In this document: one piece after another, positions 27,121 to 37,322 of the stretch
How the letters are laid out: each line of letters starts with the position of its first letter
Position numbering within the stretch: position 1 is the stretch's first letter
Sequence record: PP430345
Strand: one strand, 5' to 3'
DNA: 64,000 nucleotides
Origin: Escherichia phage vB_EcoM-LTH01
Made by a program: the position numbers and the translations under genes
The notes under the pieces: model-generated
The model's database searches: none
Told to the model about the DNA's origin: nothing
Seen by the model: only the letters and a program-made list of their open reading frames with translations

Positions 27121-27144
27121 AAAATAAAGCCACCCGAAGGTGGC
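27121..27144 (-). terminator. rho-independent terminator (UUCG tetraloop)
   Basis: Minus strand reads GCCACC-TTCG-GGTGGC followed by TTTATTTT. Confidence 0.6.
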
Positions 27145-27153
27145 CTTATACAT

Positions 27154-28851
27154 TTAATAGACATTACCGGTTTGAATAGTTTGTGTAGCTCCGTCAAAAA
27201 TACAAATAGAATATATTGACAATCTCCCACCTGTGTCACTTGAAGAAGATTTATTCATCGTTGCTGTTATCCAAACCCTCCAACAACTTCCGTCGTTATT
27301 GTCTGTAACAACAAGGTGCATTGTATCTGGATACCCTACAGTCGCCGACGCATTTTCAACATAAGCAACAGTATTGCTCAATGTTGCATTACTTACCCTC
27401 CCTGTTTTTATTCTATTAATATCCGTGTAGTTAGCCGTCAAGTACCATCCAAAATTTATTTGTCTGGAAGAAGACGATGTTCCTGCGGAGAAACCTACCT
27501 TAACTTGACTAGCCAAACCTGCGGCGTCAATAATAAGCCTTACATTACCATTATTAGTACCGGGTAAAGGTAACCACATTTTTTTAGTCCCAGTAGGTGT
27601 ATTATAAACCCCAGCTAAGGTAGGAGTAGCAGCTGGACCTACATCTCCTTTATCCCCTTTGTCCCCTTTCTCGCCCTTAGGACCTTGAGGGCCTATCATA
27701 CCTGCCGGACCTTGTGGTCCAATAGCACCTGTCTCCCCCTGAGGGCCAGTCGGACCCCTGATACCCTGAGGGCCAGCTATGCCTTGAGTGCCTTGAGGGC
27801 CTGCTGGGCCGATATCTCCTTTATCTCCCTTAGGACCTTGCGGACCCTCTGGGCCAGTTGGTCCTGCATCACCCTTCACTCCCTGGGGACCTTGTGGACC
27901 TTGAGGACCAGTCGGACCTATATTACCTTGAGGGCCAGTTGGACCCGTTGCACCAATTGGACCTTGAGGACCTTCAGGGCCTGCTGGACCTTCAGCGCCT
28001 ATATCCCCTTTAGGTCCTTGTGGTCCCATAGGACCCTGAGGTCCTTCAGCACCTTGATCACCTTTGGGACCAACAGCGCCTGCAATCCCCTGAATACCCT
28101 GGGGACCCTGAGGGCCTGTTGGCCCTTGTTCCCCCCTTGCACCTTGATCACCTTTTGGACCCTGCGGTCCTTGTGGACCTGTTGGCCCTTGAGATCCTTC
28201 TAAGGCTAAGATAACCCAATCTTCATTTGTACCAGGTTCTGAGCCAATACTGGCAGAACTGGCAAAATACGTTGAACCATTGTAAGAAACCGAATCATTT
28301 TCAGAATAAGATTCCTCAGCGTCCCAAGTACCTTTGAAAGTCAAACCAGCAGGGCCAACCTCACCTTTTTCCCCTTTAGGGCCTGTAAGTCCGATCGGTC
28401 CTTGCGGACCTTCTGCTCCAGTCTCACCCTTAGGACCTTCAGGGCCAACAAGTCCCTGAGGACCTTGCTCACCTTTTTGTCCTTGTGGCCCTTGCGGACC
28501 CATAGGTCCTTGAGGGCCAACAATACCAGCTGCCCCCGCTATACCTGCGGGACCTTGTTCTCCTTTATCACCCTTAGGACCTGTAAGGCCACGGACACCT
28601 TCATCTCCTTTGGGACCAATAGGACCTTGCGGTCCAATATCCCCTTTTGGACCCTGAGGGCCAGCAGGTCCAACTGGACCTTGTTCTCCCTGAGGTCCGC
28701 GAGGACCAGTGTTACCAACATCACCTTGTTCTCCGACACGGGAAAACAAATCTTTAAACAAATACCTCTTTCTTGCATTAAGATCGTAAACGGCAGTCCC
28801 GAAATAAACCCCGCTGTGATCTCCCGTAATACCTTTAGCTGTAGAAGGCAT
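27154..28851 (-). CDS. collagen-like fibre protein (565 aa)
   Basis: Two long G-X-Y tracts ([23 protein letters not shown]..) are split by a CBM5/12-like motif ([37 protein letters not shown]). The non-collagen C-terminal globular domain is ~170 aa. Confidence 0.8.
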   Translation of the reverse strand: MPSTAKGITGDHSGVYFGTAVYDLNARKRYLFKDLFSRVGEQGDVGNTGPRGPQGEQGPVGPAGPQGPKGDIGPQGPIGPKGDEGVRGLTGPKGDKGEQGPAGIAGAAGIVGPQGPMGPQGPQGQKGEQGPQGLVGPEGPKGETGAEGPQGPIGLTGPKGEKGEVGPAGLTFKGTWDAEESYSENDSVSYNGSTYFASSASIGSEPGTNEDWVILALEGSQGPTGPQGPQGPKGDQGARGEQGPTGPQGPQGIQGIAGAVGPKGDQGAEGPQGPMGPQGPKGDIGAEGPAGPEGPQGPIGATGPTGPQGNIGPTGPQGPQGPQGVKGDAGPTGPEGPQGPKGDKGDIGPAGPQGTQGIAGPQGIRGPTGPQGETGAIGPQGPAGMIGPQGPKGEKGDKGDKGDVGPAATPTLAGVYNTPTGTKKMWLPLPGTNNGNVRLIIDAAGLASQVKVGFSAGTSSSSRQINFGWYLTANYTDINRIKTGRVSNATLSNTVAYVENASATVGYPDTMHLVVTDNNDGSCWRVWITATMNKSSSSDTGGRLSIYSICIFDGATQTIQTGNVY

Positions 28852-28863
28852 AGATTACTCCTA

Positions 28864-29502
28864 TTAAACAGTGCGGAAAGATTCAGGTACGGAAGGAAGT
28901 TCTTCAATATTTTTTGCAATATTCACTTCTTTAATAAAAGTCCCCATATTATTGTAACTTTCTACATAAACGGAGATTATTTCTTTGATAAGTTCGATTA
29001 CATCTAGACGAAGATGCTCGATCACTTTATTATCATAAGTTAACAGACTAAATAATTGATCGTCTTCAGCCAGTTCTGCAACAGAAAGAATGGAGTGATA
29101 AAGAGACAGTGAATTTGAATCTACAGAATAGAAACTACCATCAACCTCTACGCCGCCCATGTTTTCATTTTCGAAATTAGATTTGGCAGAGTAGATTAAT
29201 TGTTCTTTTTCACGAGTCAAGTTATCAGCTAACTCTTCCTCGGTAAAATCCCTAACGTTCCAAGTTCTGTACCAGAAACCGTCTTCTCGCAATTCTGGAA
29301 GTCCTTCCGTCACAACATCCCCTTGCGGCATCGGTACATCATAAACCGCATGATATCCAACTTCAGCCATACCGACAGCGTAAACAAAGCTACCAATAGA
29401 TACGTTAGGATATTCAGCACGGTAGTCGGCCAGGTATACCGGATAACGCATGTCAGACATGCGGATCATGGGGGTCCAGCCATAAATCTTATCGATCACC
29501 AT
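28864..29502 (-). CDS. hypothetical protein between the two collagen genes (212 aa)
   Basis: ORF track. A possible fibre chaperone by position only. Confidence 0.5.
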   Translation of the reverse strand: MVIDKIYGWTPMIRMSDMRYPVYLADYRAEYPNVSIGSFVYAVGMAEVGYHAVYDVPMPQGDVVTEGLPELREDGFWYRTWNVRDFTEEELADNLTREKEQLIYSAKSNFENENMGGVEVDGSFYSVDSNSLSLYHSILSVAELAEDDQLFSLLTYDNKVIEHLRLDVIELIKEIISVYVESYNNMGTFIKEVNIAKNIEELPSVPESFRTV

Positions 29503-29522
29503 ATTAATTCCTTTCTGAAAGA

Positions 29523-29538
29523 GGGGGCCTAAGCCCCC
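29523..29538 (-). terminator. hairpin GGGGGC-UUAG-GCCCCC after the giant collagen gene
   Basis: 6-bp GC stem with no long U-run. Confidence 0.4.
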
Positions 29539-29547
29539 ATTTAAAAA

Positions 29548-32500
29548 TTAACCTATAGTCATTGCTTGAGTACCCGTCAGGAACTCACCATCCCAGAACA
29601 AGGTCAGGATAGTGCGAGTAGCCCCGAGAGTAGGTGCTGTTCCGTTAGACCAAGCGATCTGGCTATCCCAGTTAATCTGACCACCGTTACCAGTGAATCG
29701 TAAGACTATGGTTTTAGCCCTTCCTGCTGGCAATCCGGTGATGACTAAGGATTTGTTGGTAGTCCCATCTAAAGTCCAAGCGTTACCTGTGCTTGCATCA
29801 ATTGCCCCTGTAGAAGCAACAACACGCAAATCGTACTGGTCCAGCTTAACCCATGCGCCGTTTTCACGAACATAGAACCCACCTTCCAGCGGTGCTTCCA
29901 GAACTGGAACCGTCAATGTAGACCAAGCACCATCTTTACGGACGTACTGGTTACCATCACGAGGTGCTTCCAGAACTTCTGCGGTAGGCAGTTCAGTCCA
30001 ATCACCGTCGGTACGGACATACAGCTTTCCGTCCCCTGGTGCGTCATACACGTTACCACCACCTAAGAATCCGAGCAGTGCCCAGTTCGTTGCGGAAGTT
30101 TTACGGTAATATTCCAGAGTGGAAGAGTTCAGGTACAAATCGTTAAGACGACCATCGCTAACCATCGGTGCACGAGGGAAAACAACCCACAATGTACCTT
30201 GATCACCTTTAGCACCTGTCGGACCAGAAGGGCCTTGCGGACCTTGGTTACCCGTTGGACCAACTGGTCCTACTGGACCTTGGATACGTCCTAAGTTTTC
30301 GTATGCTGCACCAGTCCAACCCCAGAAGTCACCTTGGATAAGATAACCTTGACCCAAAGTACCAGTTGAAGGTAATTCATCAGAGGTATCAAATCGACCA
30401 ATGATCTCTACACCAGGACCAATATCTCCCTGAGGACCTTGCTCACCCTGTGGGCCTTGGTCGCCTTGTGGTCCTACTTCACCACGTTCACCCTGAGGAC
30501 CTTGCTCCCCTTGTGGCCCTGTGGCTCCAGTATCACCTTTGTCACCTTTAGCGCCAGTCAATCCCTGAGGGCCCTGAGTACCCTGAGGACCTTGCTCCCC
30601 TTGTGGGCCACGGGCAACCCCAGCCTCTACAAAAGCAGTTCCGTCGAAAGCGTAACCGATCCCAGTGTCGTCTGTGACATAGAAATCACCTACAGCACCA
30701 GTTTGAGGAAGGTCTGCTTGAGATGGTACAGTTCCTTTAGGGATCAGGCCAGAGCCAACATCCCCCTTGTCGCCTTTGTCTCCTTTTGCACCAGTTTCAC
30801 CAGCAGGTCCTTGTGGTCCTTGGTCACCCGTAGAACCTTTCTCACCTTGTGGACCTTGAGGACCAACTTCTCCTTGAGGGCCGACCTCACCCTGCGGTCC
30901 GCGAACGGTTCCGGCAGAAACGAATTCCACGCCATCCCAAGCGTAACCGATCCCAGTGTCTTCAGCTACGTAGAAGTCACCTAATTCAGCAGTAGAAGGA
31001 AGTTCAGCGGAGGTTGCAACCAAACCTTTCAGCTTCAGTGCATCACCTGCGTCGCCTTTGTCTCCTTTGTCTCCTTTCTCACCAGTGTCGCCTTTGTCGC
31101 CCTTCAGACCCTGAGGTCCACGAGTAAGACCAGTCAGTACCCATGCAGTGCCATCCCAAGCATAACCATTACCTTCAGACTCTACAACGTAGAAGTCACC
31201 AGTGGTGGCATCGGCAGGAAGTGCTTCTTGAGTTGCAACAATACCACGAGCAACGATACCAATTCCAGTATCACCCTTATCACCCTTATCGCCCTTGTCA
31301 CCTTTTTCGCCAGTCTCACCCTGTGGACCAATACCACCTTGTGGACCAGTCTCACCTTGGGGGCCAGCAGGACCTTGTGCCCCTGTTGCACCCTGCGGTC
31401 CTTGTGCACCAGTCAGACCAATAGGACCTTGTGGACCTTGTGGTCCTACATCCCCTTGGGGACCTTTGATGTTACCAACGTTAGTCCACTGACCGCCAGT
31501 AAAGATATAAAGATCAGCTTCAATCAGATAAGCATCACCTTCACTAATACCAGTCTGAGGCAATTGGTCTTCGGAAGCTACTGAGCCAAGGATATTCAGA
31601 CCCGCACCAACAGGACCTTGTTCACCTTGTGGACCAGTTAATCCACGAGGGCCAGTTGCACCCACGTCACCTTTTTCACCCTTCAAGGTTGCAAGGTATT
31701 CATTAACTGAACCTTCGAAACCGTTAGCAACCGCGATAGTGTAGTTGTCGTCTCCTTTATCGCCTTTATCGCCTTTGTCCCCTTTATCGCCTTTATCACC
31801 CTTAGCACCAACTGGGCCTTGTGGGCCTTGGAAAGATCCCAAATCTTCCCAGTTACCAGTACCATCAGAAACGAAGACATTAGTTCCGATCAGGTAAGCA
31901 TCACCCGCATCAGCACCTGCTGGCAAACTTGCTTCATCGGCAACAGAACCTAAGATATTAATAGCGTTAGCATTCTTACCGTCAACACCAGGTTCACCCT
32001 GCGGTCCTTGTTCACCAACATCCCCTTTCTCACCCTTCAGCGATTCAAGAAATTCACGTTGAGAACCAACGTTACCGTTAGCCAGCCAGACCTGATAAGC
32101 AGAACGACCTTCAGGGCCAATCTGGCCTACTGGTTGCCATTTATCGGTATCTCCCGTCCAAACATACATCTTTTCTTGAATGATGTAGGCATCACCAGGT
32201 TTGTTCTCTTCTTGAGGAAGATCTTCGATACGCTGGAAAGAACCAAGGAGTTGCAGACCTATACCGTCAGCACCACGAAGGGTAGCCAACCAGTCATCGA
32301 CTGTTCCAACAAAGCCTGCGGTTTCAGCAACTTCAAATGCAGAAAGACCTTCAGGTCCAGCGAAGTTACCTACGTTTCTCCATTGTTTGATACCACCTTC
32401 AGTGATAACGGTAAAGAAACTCTGTCCGATTACGTATGTATCACCATTCGCAAGATCAACAACAGAAGGCAATTGATCTTCAGATGCCAAGGTGTCGAGG

Positions 32501-33348
32501 ATGTTGATACCAATACCAGCAGGGCCACGAGGACCTTCTACACCACGAGGGCCAGTTGCTCCAGTCAGACCGATAGGTCCAGTTGCGCCAGCAGGACCGA
32601 CTTCTCCAGTATCCCCTTTATCCCCTTTTTCACCCTGCGGGCCAACAGGTCCAGTTTCTCCGGCTGGGCCTTGTGGACCTGCTGGTCCTTGTTCACCCTG
32701 ATCGCCTTTGTCACCTTTGATGGTTTCTACAAACAGACCATCTGAACGTTGTTCCAGTTTGTTACCTGCATCTTGAGAAATGTCAGCACCAACTGGAGCC
32801 ACATACAGTGCACCTTCACGAACTTGCAAGCTGTTGTCGATAGCGGGGGAAACTTTAACTGCCAAACCATCAGGGTCTACAGACAAAGCGTTAGTTGAAG
32901 AGGTGGAAACTTTCAGGGATATACGGGAGTTTTTAGCAACCAGAGGATCTGCGGTAATTTCCAGTGCGTCACCAACAGCGGTAGTGGTAGCATGAACTGG
33001 CTCAACCAGAACACCTTCCAAACTGGCATCACCTTGAGCAGCAGCTTCTTCCGCAGTGACGTATTTTGCAACGTTCGCCTGAGAGGTAGATACTTTAGCA
33101 TCTCCAGCGGAAGCAAACAAGCCTTCCTCGTTATCAGTCTGAACCAGAGTCAGGGCGTTACCTGCACGGCGAGATAGCTTAACTTGAGCTTGCAGAGGGG
33201 AAGAGGTAGTACCATTACCAACTAACAGGGTAGATACAGTATCTTCCGTTTCAATACCGTTAAAAATAACTCCACCACCAGTGGTAGTTACGACAGGATC
33301 AGGAGCAGTAACGAATGCTTCCACGACCTTATCATTATATTCAGCCAT
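29548..33348 (-). CDS. giant collagen-like 'beads-on-a-string' fibre protein (1266 aa)
   Basis: About 10 G-X-Y tracts alternate with 8 copies of a ~48-aa globular module (..I.G.V.S...LP.....GD.Y.......Y.W.G..W...G...GPQG) and with tail-fibre repeats (SAY....G..G....(F/W)L.(S/T)LKG). C-terminus has 3 copies of 'AP.DG..YVR..G.W..L'. Confidence 0.85.
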   Translation of the reverse strand: MAEYNDKVVEAFVTAPDPVVTTTGGGVIFNGIETEDTVSTLLVGNGTTSSPLQAQVKLSRRAGNALTLVQTDNEEGLFASAGDAKVSTSQANVAKYVTAEEAAAQGDASLEGVLVEPVHATTTAVGDALEITADPLVAKNSRISLKVSTSSTNALSVDPDGLAVKVSPAIDNSLQVREGALYVAPVGADISQDAGNKLEQRSDGLFVETIKGDKGDQGEQGPAGPQGPAGETGPVGPQGEKGDKGDTGEVGPAGATGPIGLTGATGPRGVEGPRGPAGIGINILDTLASEDQLPSVVDLANGDTYVIGQSFFTVITEGGIKQWRNVGNFAGPEGLSAFEVAETAGFVGTVDDWLATLRGADGIGLQLLGSFQRIEDLPQEENKPGDAYIIQEKMYVWTGDTDKWQPVGQIGPEGRSAYQVWLANGNVGSQREFLESLKGEKGDVGEQGPQGEPGVDGKNANAINILGSVADEASLPAGADAGDAYLIGTNVFVSDGTGNWEDLGSFQGPQGPVGAKGDKGDKGDKGDKGDKGDDNYTIAVANGFEGSVNEYLATLKGEKGDVGATGPRGLTGPQGEQGPVGAGLNILGSVASEDQLPQTGISEGDAYLIEADLYIFTGGQWTNVGNIKGPQGDVGPQGPQGPIGLTGAQGPQGATGAQGPAGPQGETGPQGGIGPQGETGEKGDKGDKGDKGDTGIGIVARGIVATQEALPADATTGDFYVVESEGNGYAWDGTAWVLTGLTRGPQGLKGDKGDTGEKGDKGDKGDAGDALKLKGLVATSAELPSTAELGDFYVAEDTGIGYAWDGVEFVSAGTVRGPQGEVGPQGEVGPQGPQGEKGSTGDQGPQGPAGETGAKGDKGDKGDVGSGLIPKGTVPSQADLPQTGAVGDFYVTDDTGIGYAFDGTAFVEAGVARGPQGEQGPQGTQGPQGLTGAKGDKGDTGATGPQGEQGPQGERGEVGPQGDQGPQGEQGPQGDIGPGVEIIGRFDTSDELPSTGTLGQGYLIQGDFWGWTGAAYENLGRIQGPVGPVGPTGNQGPQGPSGPTGAKGDQGTLWVVFPRAPMVSDGRLNDLYLNSSTLEYYRKTSATNWALLGFLGGGNVYDAPGDGKLYVRTDGDWTELPTAEVLEAPRDGNQYVRKDGAWSTLTVPVLEAPLEGGFYVRENGAWVKLDQYDLRVVASTGAIDASTGNAWTLDGTTNKSLVITGLPAGRAKTIVLRFTGNGGQINWDSQIAWSNGTAPTLGATRTILTLFWDGEFLTGTQAMTIG

Positions 33349-33373
33349 TTATAAAATTCTCCTAGGGATTTAA

Positions 33374-33389
33374 GCCCCTGAACAGGGGC
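33374..33389 (-). terminator. hairpin GCCCCU-GUUC-AGGGGC upstream of the giant collagen gene
   Basis: 6-bp stem directly after the stop of 33401..33994. Confidence 0.4.
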
Positions 33390-33400
33390 ATGAGGTGAGA

Positions 33401-33994
33401 TTAAAGTGCAGCAGCTAAATCTTCAAGCATCCCATCAAAGGTTTTACCTTTGCTCAGTGAAATGCCGTATTCCACAGCGAAAGCTTCCAATGCCGCCTTA
33501 GATGCAGACTTTTTGCTGTCGTCACGCAGTTCTTCAGCCTTGGCTAAGATCTGAGATTTTTCTTCTTCAGTACGAGCAGTTAATTCTTCCTTTACTTCAA
33601 CTTCTTTAACTTCTTCAACTTTAGTGTTGACAAGTACAGACTCTTCCATTACCTTAGTTGGAGTATCAGTAACAATGGCTTCTTTGACAGCCTCAATTTT
33701 CTTAACATCCAAACGGAATTTTAAAGGATCTTTAGGCTTCTCTTTAAAGAATACTAGGAAACTTGTACCTTTTTGCACAGAAGCAAGGGTGTCGATACCG
33801 AGAGCGGTCATCTTTTCCATTTGAGTTAGAAAATCATAAAGGCCACGGGCAAGGACTAGTTTTCCGTCGTAGCTGTAAAGGAATGCACCTAAACGTGCAG
33901 AGGTGTTTACATCAAGCTTTTCTAGATATTCACCGAAGAACTTGAGCATGTGATATTCACTTTTAAAAATTTCCAAGTGAGTTTGCTTAGACAT
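33401..33994 (-). CDS. hypothetical protein (197 aa)
   Basis: ORF track. First gene after the capsid gene terminator. Glu/Lys-rich helical C-terminus. Confidence 0.55.
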   Translation of the reverse strand: MSKQTHLEIFKSEYHMLKFFGEYLEKLDVNTSARLGAFLYSYDGKLVLARGLYDFLTQMEKMTALGIDTLASVQKGTSFLVFFKEKPKDPLKFRLDVKKIEAVKEAIVTDTPTKVMEESVLVNTKVEEVKEVEVKEELTARTEEEKSQILAKAEELRDDSKKSASKAALEAFAVEYGISLSKGKTFDGMLEDLAAAL

Positions 33995-34074
33995 TAAATT
34001 ACTCCTTCGTCATTGATTAGATTAATAGCCTATCTTATAATGGTACACTATTTTGCCTAAATTGTACAGGCATA

Positions 34075-34100
34075 ATAAAAAAGGCCACCCGAAGGTGACC
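34075..34100 (-). terminator. rho-independent terminator after the major capsid gene (UUCG tetraloop)
   Basis: Minus strand reads GGTCACC-TTCG-GGTGGCC followed by TTTTTTATT. Confidence 0.7.
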
Positions 34101-34118
34101 TTTAATCAGTTATTAAGA

Positions 34119-35114
34119 TTATTCAAACTTACCAACAGACTTAACTACCAGTTCAGGACGGTTGTTAACAGTCAGGAAGGAAGTTTCAGATTCGATCTTC
34201 GCTTCACGCAGGTACTGAGATTCTTTGAAGAATACATACAGTTCCTGAGCTACTTGGTTAGCACCTTCCAGAGTGTCGCTCGGCGCGTAATAGATTTCGA
34301 ACATACGATCGATACCACGAGGGAAGATGTATGCTTCACCAGCAGGGATGTTACCGGAAATGTCTTCGATGAACAGGATGTTCTTGTGTTCGAAGATACG
34401 GTTGTTGGCATTACCGCCCAGACGACGACGCAGGACTTCCTGAGTAGAAGGGTACTGAGAATATGCACCAGTTACCTGCGGGTGAGCGATCAGAGCAGAG
34501 AACCACTGACGGGATGCCATAACGACGATCTCGTAGTTGTCACCTTGGTCACCAGCGTAATCGATGATGTGTGCACGAGCTTCAGCTTCCAGCACTTCAA
34601 TCGGGTCAATAGCCAGAGCGGTGAAGTCAACGTCAGCAGTCTGCTGGGTTACACCCCAAACATCGTAGTAGTCGTAATCACAAACCGGATCGTTAGGGGA
34701 CCAGGAAGTACCTTTCAGAGCAGCGTACATTGCCTTGGATTTCAGAACCGCATGACTACGACGGATACGGGCCAAGTGACGAGCCACTTCAGCTTCAACA
34801 GTTGCCGGAGCGTTGTCAGTACCGAATTCACGGAAGTTCTGAATGTCTGCACGGTCGATAGAACGGTCAAGAGGGAAGAACGGGATGTTCAGGTTTACGA
34901 TCTTTTTACGATCATTACCCAGGTGCTGACGAACGCTACCACGCTGTACAGCATTGATCTGACCAGCACCGTCATCACGACGTTCGATTTTAGCGATAGT
35001 AGTACGACCAAAGTTCTCAGTGAACAGGTTCATGCTTTGAAGCAGGGTATCAACACGCGGCAGAGTAGAGATCAGGCCAGTGTAATCCAGGATTTGAAAA
35101 TCACCATTTTGCAT
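34119..35114 (-). CDS. major capsid protein, lambda gpE-like (331 aa)
   Basis: Size and position after the decoration/scaffold genes. Sequence resembles the Phage_cap_E family. Extreme codon bias (no TTA/CTA/TCA codons). Confidence 0.8.
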   Translation of the reverse strand: MQNGDFQILDYTGLISTLPRVDTLLQSMNLFTENFGRTTIAKIERRDDGAGQINAVQRGSVRQHLGNDRKKIVNLNIPFFPLDRSIDRADIQNFREFGTDNAPATVEAEVARHLARIRRSHAVLKSKAMYAALKGTSWSPNDPVCDYDYYDVWGVTQQTADVDFTALAIDPIEVLEAEARAHIIDYAGDQGDNYEIVVMASRQWFSALIAHPQVTGAYSQYPSTQEVLRRRLGGNANNRIFEHKNILFIEDISGNIPAGEAYIFPRGIDRMFEIYYAPSDTLEGANQVAQELYVFFKESQYLREAKIESETSFLTVNNRPELVVKSVGKFE

Positions 35115-35137
35115 TTAAATATTCTCCTTCGAAAAAG

Positions 35138-35569
35138 TTACAGGACAGCGCCGAGGAATTCGGTAGCTACTACACGATCAGTTACTTGGTTACCAGCTTT
35201 AGACAGTGCCAGCTTACCAGCATCGTCAATTGCAGTACCGTCAGCGTAGACCAGTTTGGTTGCGTTCAGGGTCAGACCACGAACAGCGATAGTCATAGGA
35301 AGCTTCTCACCAGCCATCGGGGTAGCGCCGTCATGCTTGGTAACACCAGGCAGAACTTTACGGTCAACCAGAACACCGTAAACGTCAGCAGCGTCTGCAA
35401 CAGCAGCCGGAGTACCATCAGCTTTAACCAGCAGACCTGCGACCAGATCAGCAGTATAATCCATTTCTACTTCTTCAAAGTTCCAACCAGTGTCACCAAA
35501 TGCAACAACACGGCCCAGTACGATATCAGAGTAGTTACCTTCGAGAGTTACAACATGTGCTTTAGCCAT
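35138..35569 (-). CDS. head decoration protein candidate (143 aa)
   Basis: Small Ala/Gly/Val-rich protein immediately upstream of the capsid gene, as with lambda gpD / gpE. Confidence 0.5.
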   Translation of the reverse strand: MAKAHVVTLEGNYSDIVLGRVVAFGDTGWNFEEVEMDYTADLVAGLLVKADGTPAAVADAADVYGVLVDRKVLPGVTKHDGATPMAGEKLPMTIAVRGLTLNATKLVYADGTAIDDAGKLALSKAGNQVTDRVVATEFLGAVL

Positions 35570-35589
35570 TCTATTCGTTTCCTCAATAA

Positions 35590-36684
35590 TTAGGCGTTAA
35601 TAAATTCAGCATTGCCGTTAGCAGCCTTAGCGATCTCTGCTGCACGTTCTGCGATTACTCGGTTCAAACGAGCCTGAGCGTCTTCAGAGCCTTTAGCAAC
35701 TTCAGTCAGTTGACCATCAGCACCTACTTCTTTGCCGTCAGCGAAGGATTTTTTGATCTCTTCGATTTCTGCATCTTTAGCGACGAGAGCTTCGTCTTTC
35801 TCTTTAAGAGCAGCAGCAGCTTTTTCCAGCACAGCAACAACAGATGCTTTAGCTGGGTCTTCGATCAGGTCAGCAACAGCTTCACGTTGGTCATCAGCAA
35901 CAAAACCAAAACTTGCAGCTTTGTTCAAGGCAACTTCACGTTTTGCAACAGCCTGAGCTTTAACGATTTCTTGAGCAGCGGTGAAGGTTTCTTTCATACC
36001 TTCAACCTGAGCCATCAACGCTTCATTAGCTTTCATCAGATCAATGAATTGTTGGGACTTGGTTACATCTACTTCTTTTTCCACAGGAGTCTCCTTGATG
36101 GTTGTGGTCGCTCCAGCGGAGCTTACAGGTTCAGGCTTAGTAGCTGATTTAACTACTTCACCAGTTTCTGGTTTGCGTAATTCTGAATTGTCACCAAAGT
36201 CAAGGCCCAATTCTTTACATCCGTCTTCAAACTGCTTGCGAGTCTTAATTAACTCGAAGCGTTCAACGAGAGAAAGGTCAGCACCTTCTTTTGCTTTCTT
36301 GATGATAGTGATTGTTTCAAGCTTCTCATCGAGATATTCTTGATGACGACGGATGTAATCAGCCGTATAAGAATCCAAGTCTTCAGGATCTTTATCAGCA
36401 TATTCGTCTTCGAAGGTAGTTGTGAAGCCCAGCAGCTTAGTAAGTAACTCAGCATCATCATAATACATGTGGAAGAAGCGACGTAAAAACTCTTCCATAC
36501 TGATAGTTACTTGAACTTGCTCAAGGGCTTTGATAACATCAACCGTCAGTTTGCTGGGGTCAATGTCAGATTTAGTGAGAAGGCTTACGTGGCGATTGTT
36601 CGCACTGTAACCTTGATCTCGGTGAGTTAGAGCAATTCCGCGAGATTTAATCTGGCGACCTTTCTCTATAAGGGTCTTAATCAT
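35590..36684 (-). CDS. scaffolding protein (364 aa)
   Basis: Acidic, Ala/Glu/Lys-rich helical protein lying between the protease and capsid genes. Confidence 0.6.
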   Translation of the reverse strand: MIKTLIEKGRQIKSRGIALTHRDQGYSANNRHVSLLTKSDIDPSKLTVDVIKALEQVQVTISMEEFLRRFFHMYYDDAELLTKLLGFTTTFEDEYADKDPEDLDSYTADYIRRHQEYLDEKLETITIIKKAKEGADLSLVERFELIKTRKQFEDGCKELGLDFGDNSELRKPETGEVVKSATKPEPVSSAGATTTIKETPVEKEVDVTKSQQFIDLMKANEALMAQVEGMKETFTAAQEIVKAQAVAKREVALNKAASFGFVADDQREAVADLIEDPAKASVVAVLEKAAAALKEKDEALVAKDAEIEEIKKSFADGKEVGADGQLTEVAKGSEDAQARLNRVIAERAAEIAKAANGNAEFINA

Positions 36685-37256
36685 TATTCTTCCTCTTCCA
36701 ATTCGATACTGAAATCAAGATCGGATAGCTCATTTGTTTCCTCATTCAACATACCACCGCACTGAAGAGATAATCCACCGACGATGCCAGCTTTCTTTAA
36801 CTCCCATGCTTCAGGTGAATATTGAACCTTTGCTACCCATGATCCTGCTTTTATGATTTCTCCTGTTTGTGTGACAGTTACATCAATTTCTGGCTGAATC
36901 CAATGATCTACGATCTTGAATGCTTCGGTATCAACCAAGTGGTACAAGTTCTCAGTTACCGCACCGATTTCTTGAGCTTTCTTGAAATCTTGTTGTGCTT
37001 TAACTAGTGTCTCTTTGCTCATCCATTGTCCATGAGCATCCGGCGTATCAGGTTCGTAAATGATCTCGTAAGAAATCATCTCTTCTTTCTGTGCAGCTTT
37101 TTGGACAAGAACGGAGCCAATGGCTCCAGAAATAGAAGCCTCTTTATTGAAGCCCTGTTTAAGTAGCTCATTGGCCTTTTTCACAGCCCGTCCCTTTTGG
37201 ATTCGGGACAGATAGGTTTGTGAAGGAAGGTCGGAGATAGTAATGTTTTCCATCAT
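36684..37256 (-). CDS. prohead protease candidate, XkdF-like (190 aa)
   Basis: Positioned after the portal gene. Motif ..YEPDTPDAHGQWMSKETLVKAQQDF..NLYHLVDT.. resembles XkdF-family proteases. ATG 37256 has a GGGAG SD (the track uses TTG 37301). Confidence 0.5.
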   Translation of the reverse strand: MMENITISDLPSQTYLSRIQKGRAVKKANELLKQGFNKEASISGAIGSVLVQKAAQKEEMISYEIIYEPDTPDAHGQWMSKETLVKAQQDFKKAQEIGAVTENLYHLVDTEAFKIVDHWIQPEIDVTVTQTGEIIKAGSWVAKVQYSPEAWELKKAGIVGGLSLQCGGMLNEETNELSDLDFSIELEEEE

Positions 37257-37322
37257 TGCTCCCGTGATATTTATTTTAACACTGAACGATTCGTTTTGCA
37301 AGAGTCTGATTTAAATCAAAGA

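Noticed and set aside
27685-32745. Many ORFs on both strands inside the collagen genes (27685..28203, 28402..29007, 30439..30984, 31228..31584, 32008..32745 and others), and the question of whether the triplet repeats form a CRISPR-like or satellite array
   Set aside because: The 9-bp G-X-Y periodicity keeps several frames open. The repeats are coding (GGN-CCN-NNN) with no spacer/repeat alternation, so this is not CRISPR.
33349-33400. T4-type late promoter TATAAATA
   Set aside because: Only one partial match was found (TTTTATAAATG, overlapping the collagen gene start). It does not recur upstream of other late genes, and the TGnTAAAAT elements fit better.
34053-35249. 398-codon plus-strand ORF antisense to the major capsid gene
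   Set aside because: Its codons are exactly in register with the reverse complement of the capsid codons (34053 and 34119 are both 0 mod 3). It therefore stays open simply because the capsid gene avoids TTA, CTA and TCA. It has no SD, and its product is low-complexity and not protein-like. It is a codon-bias artefact.
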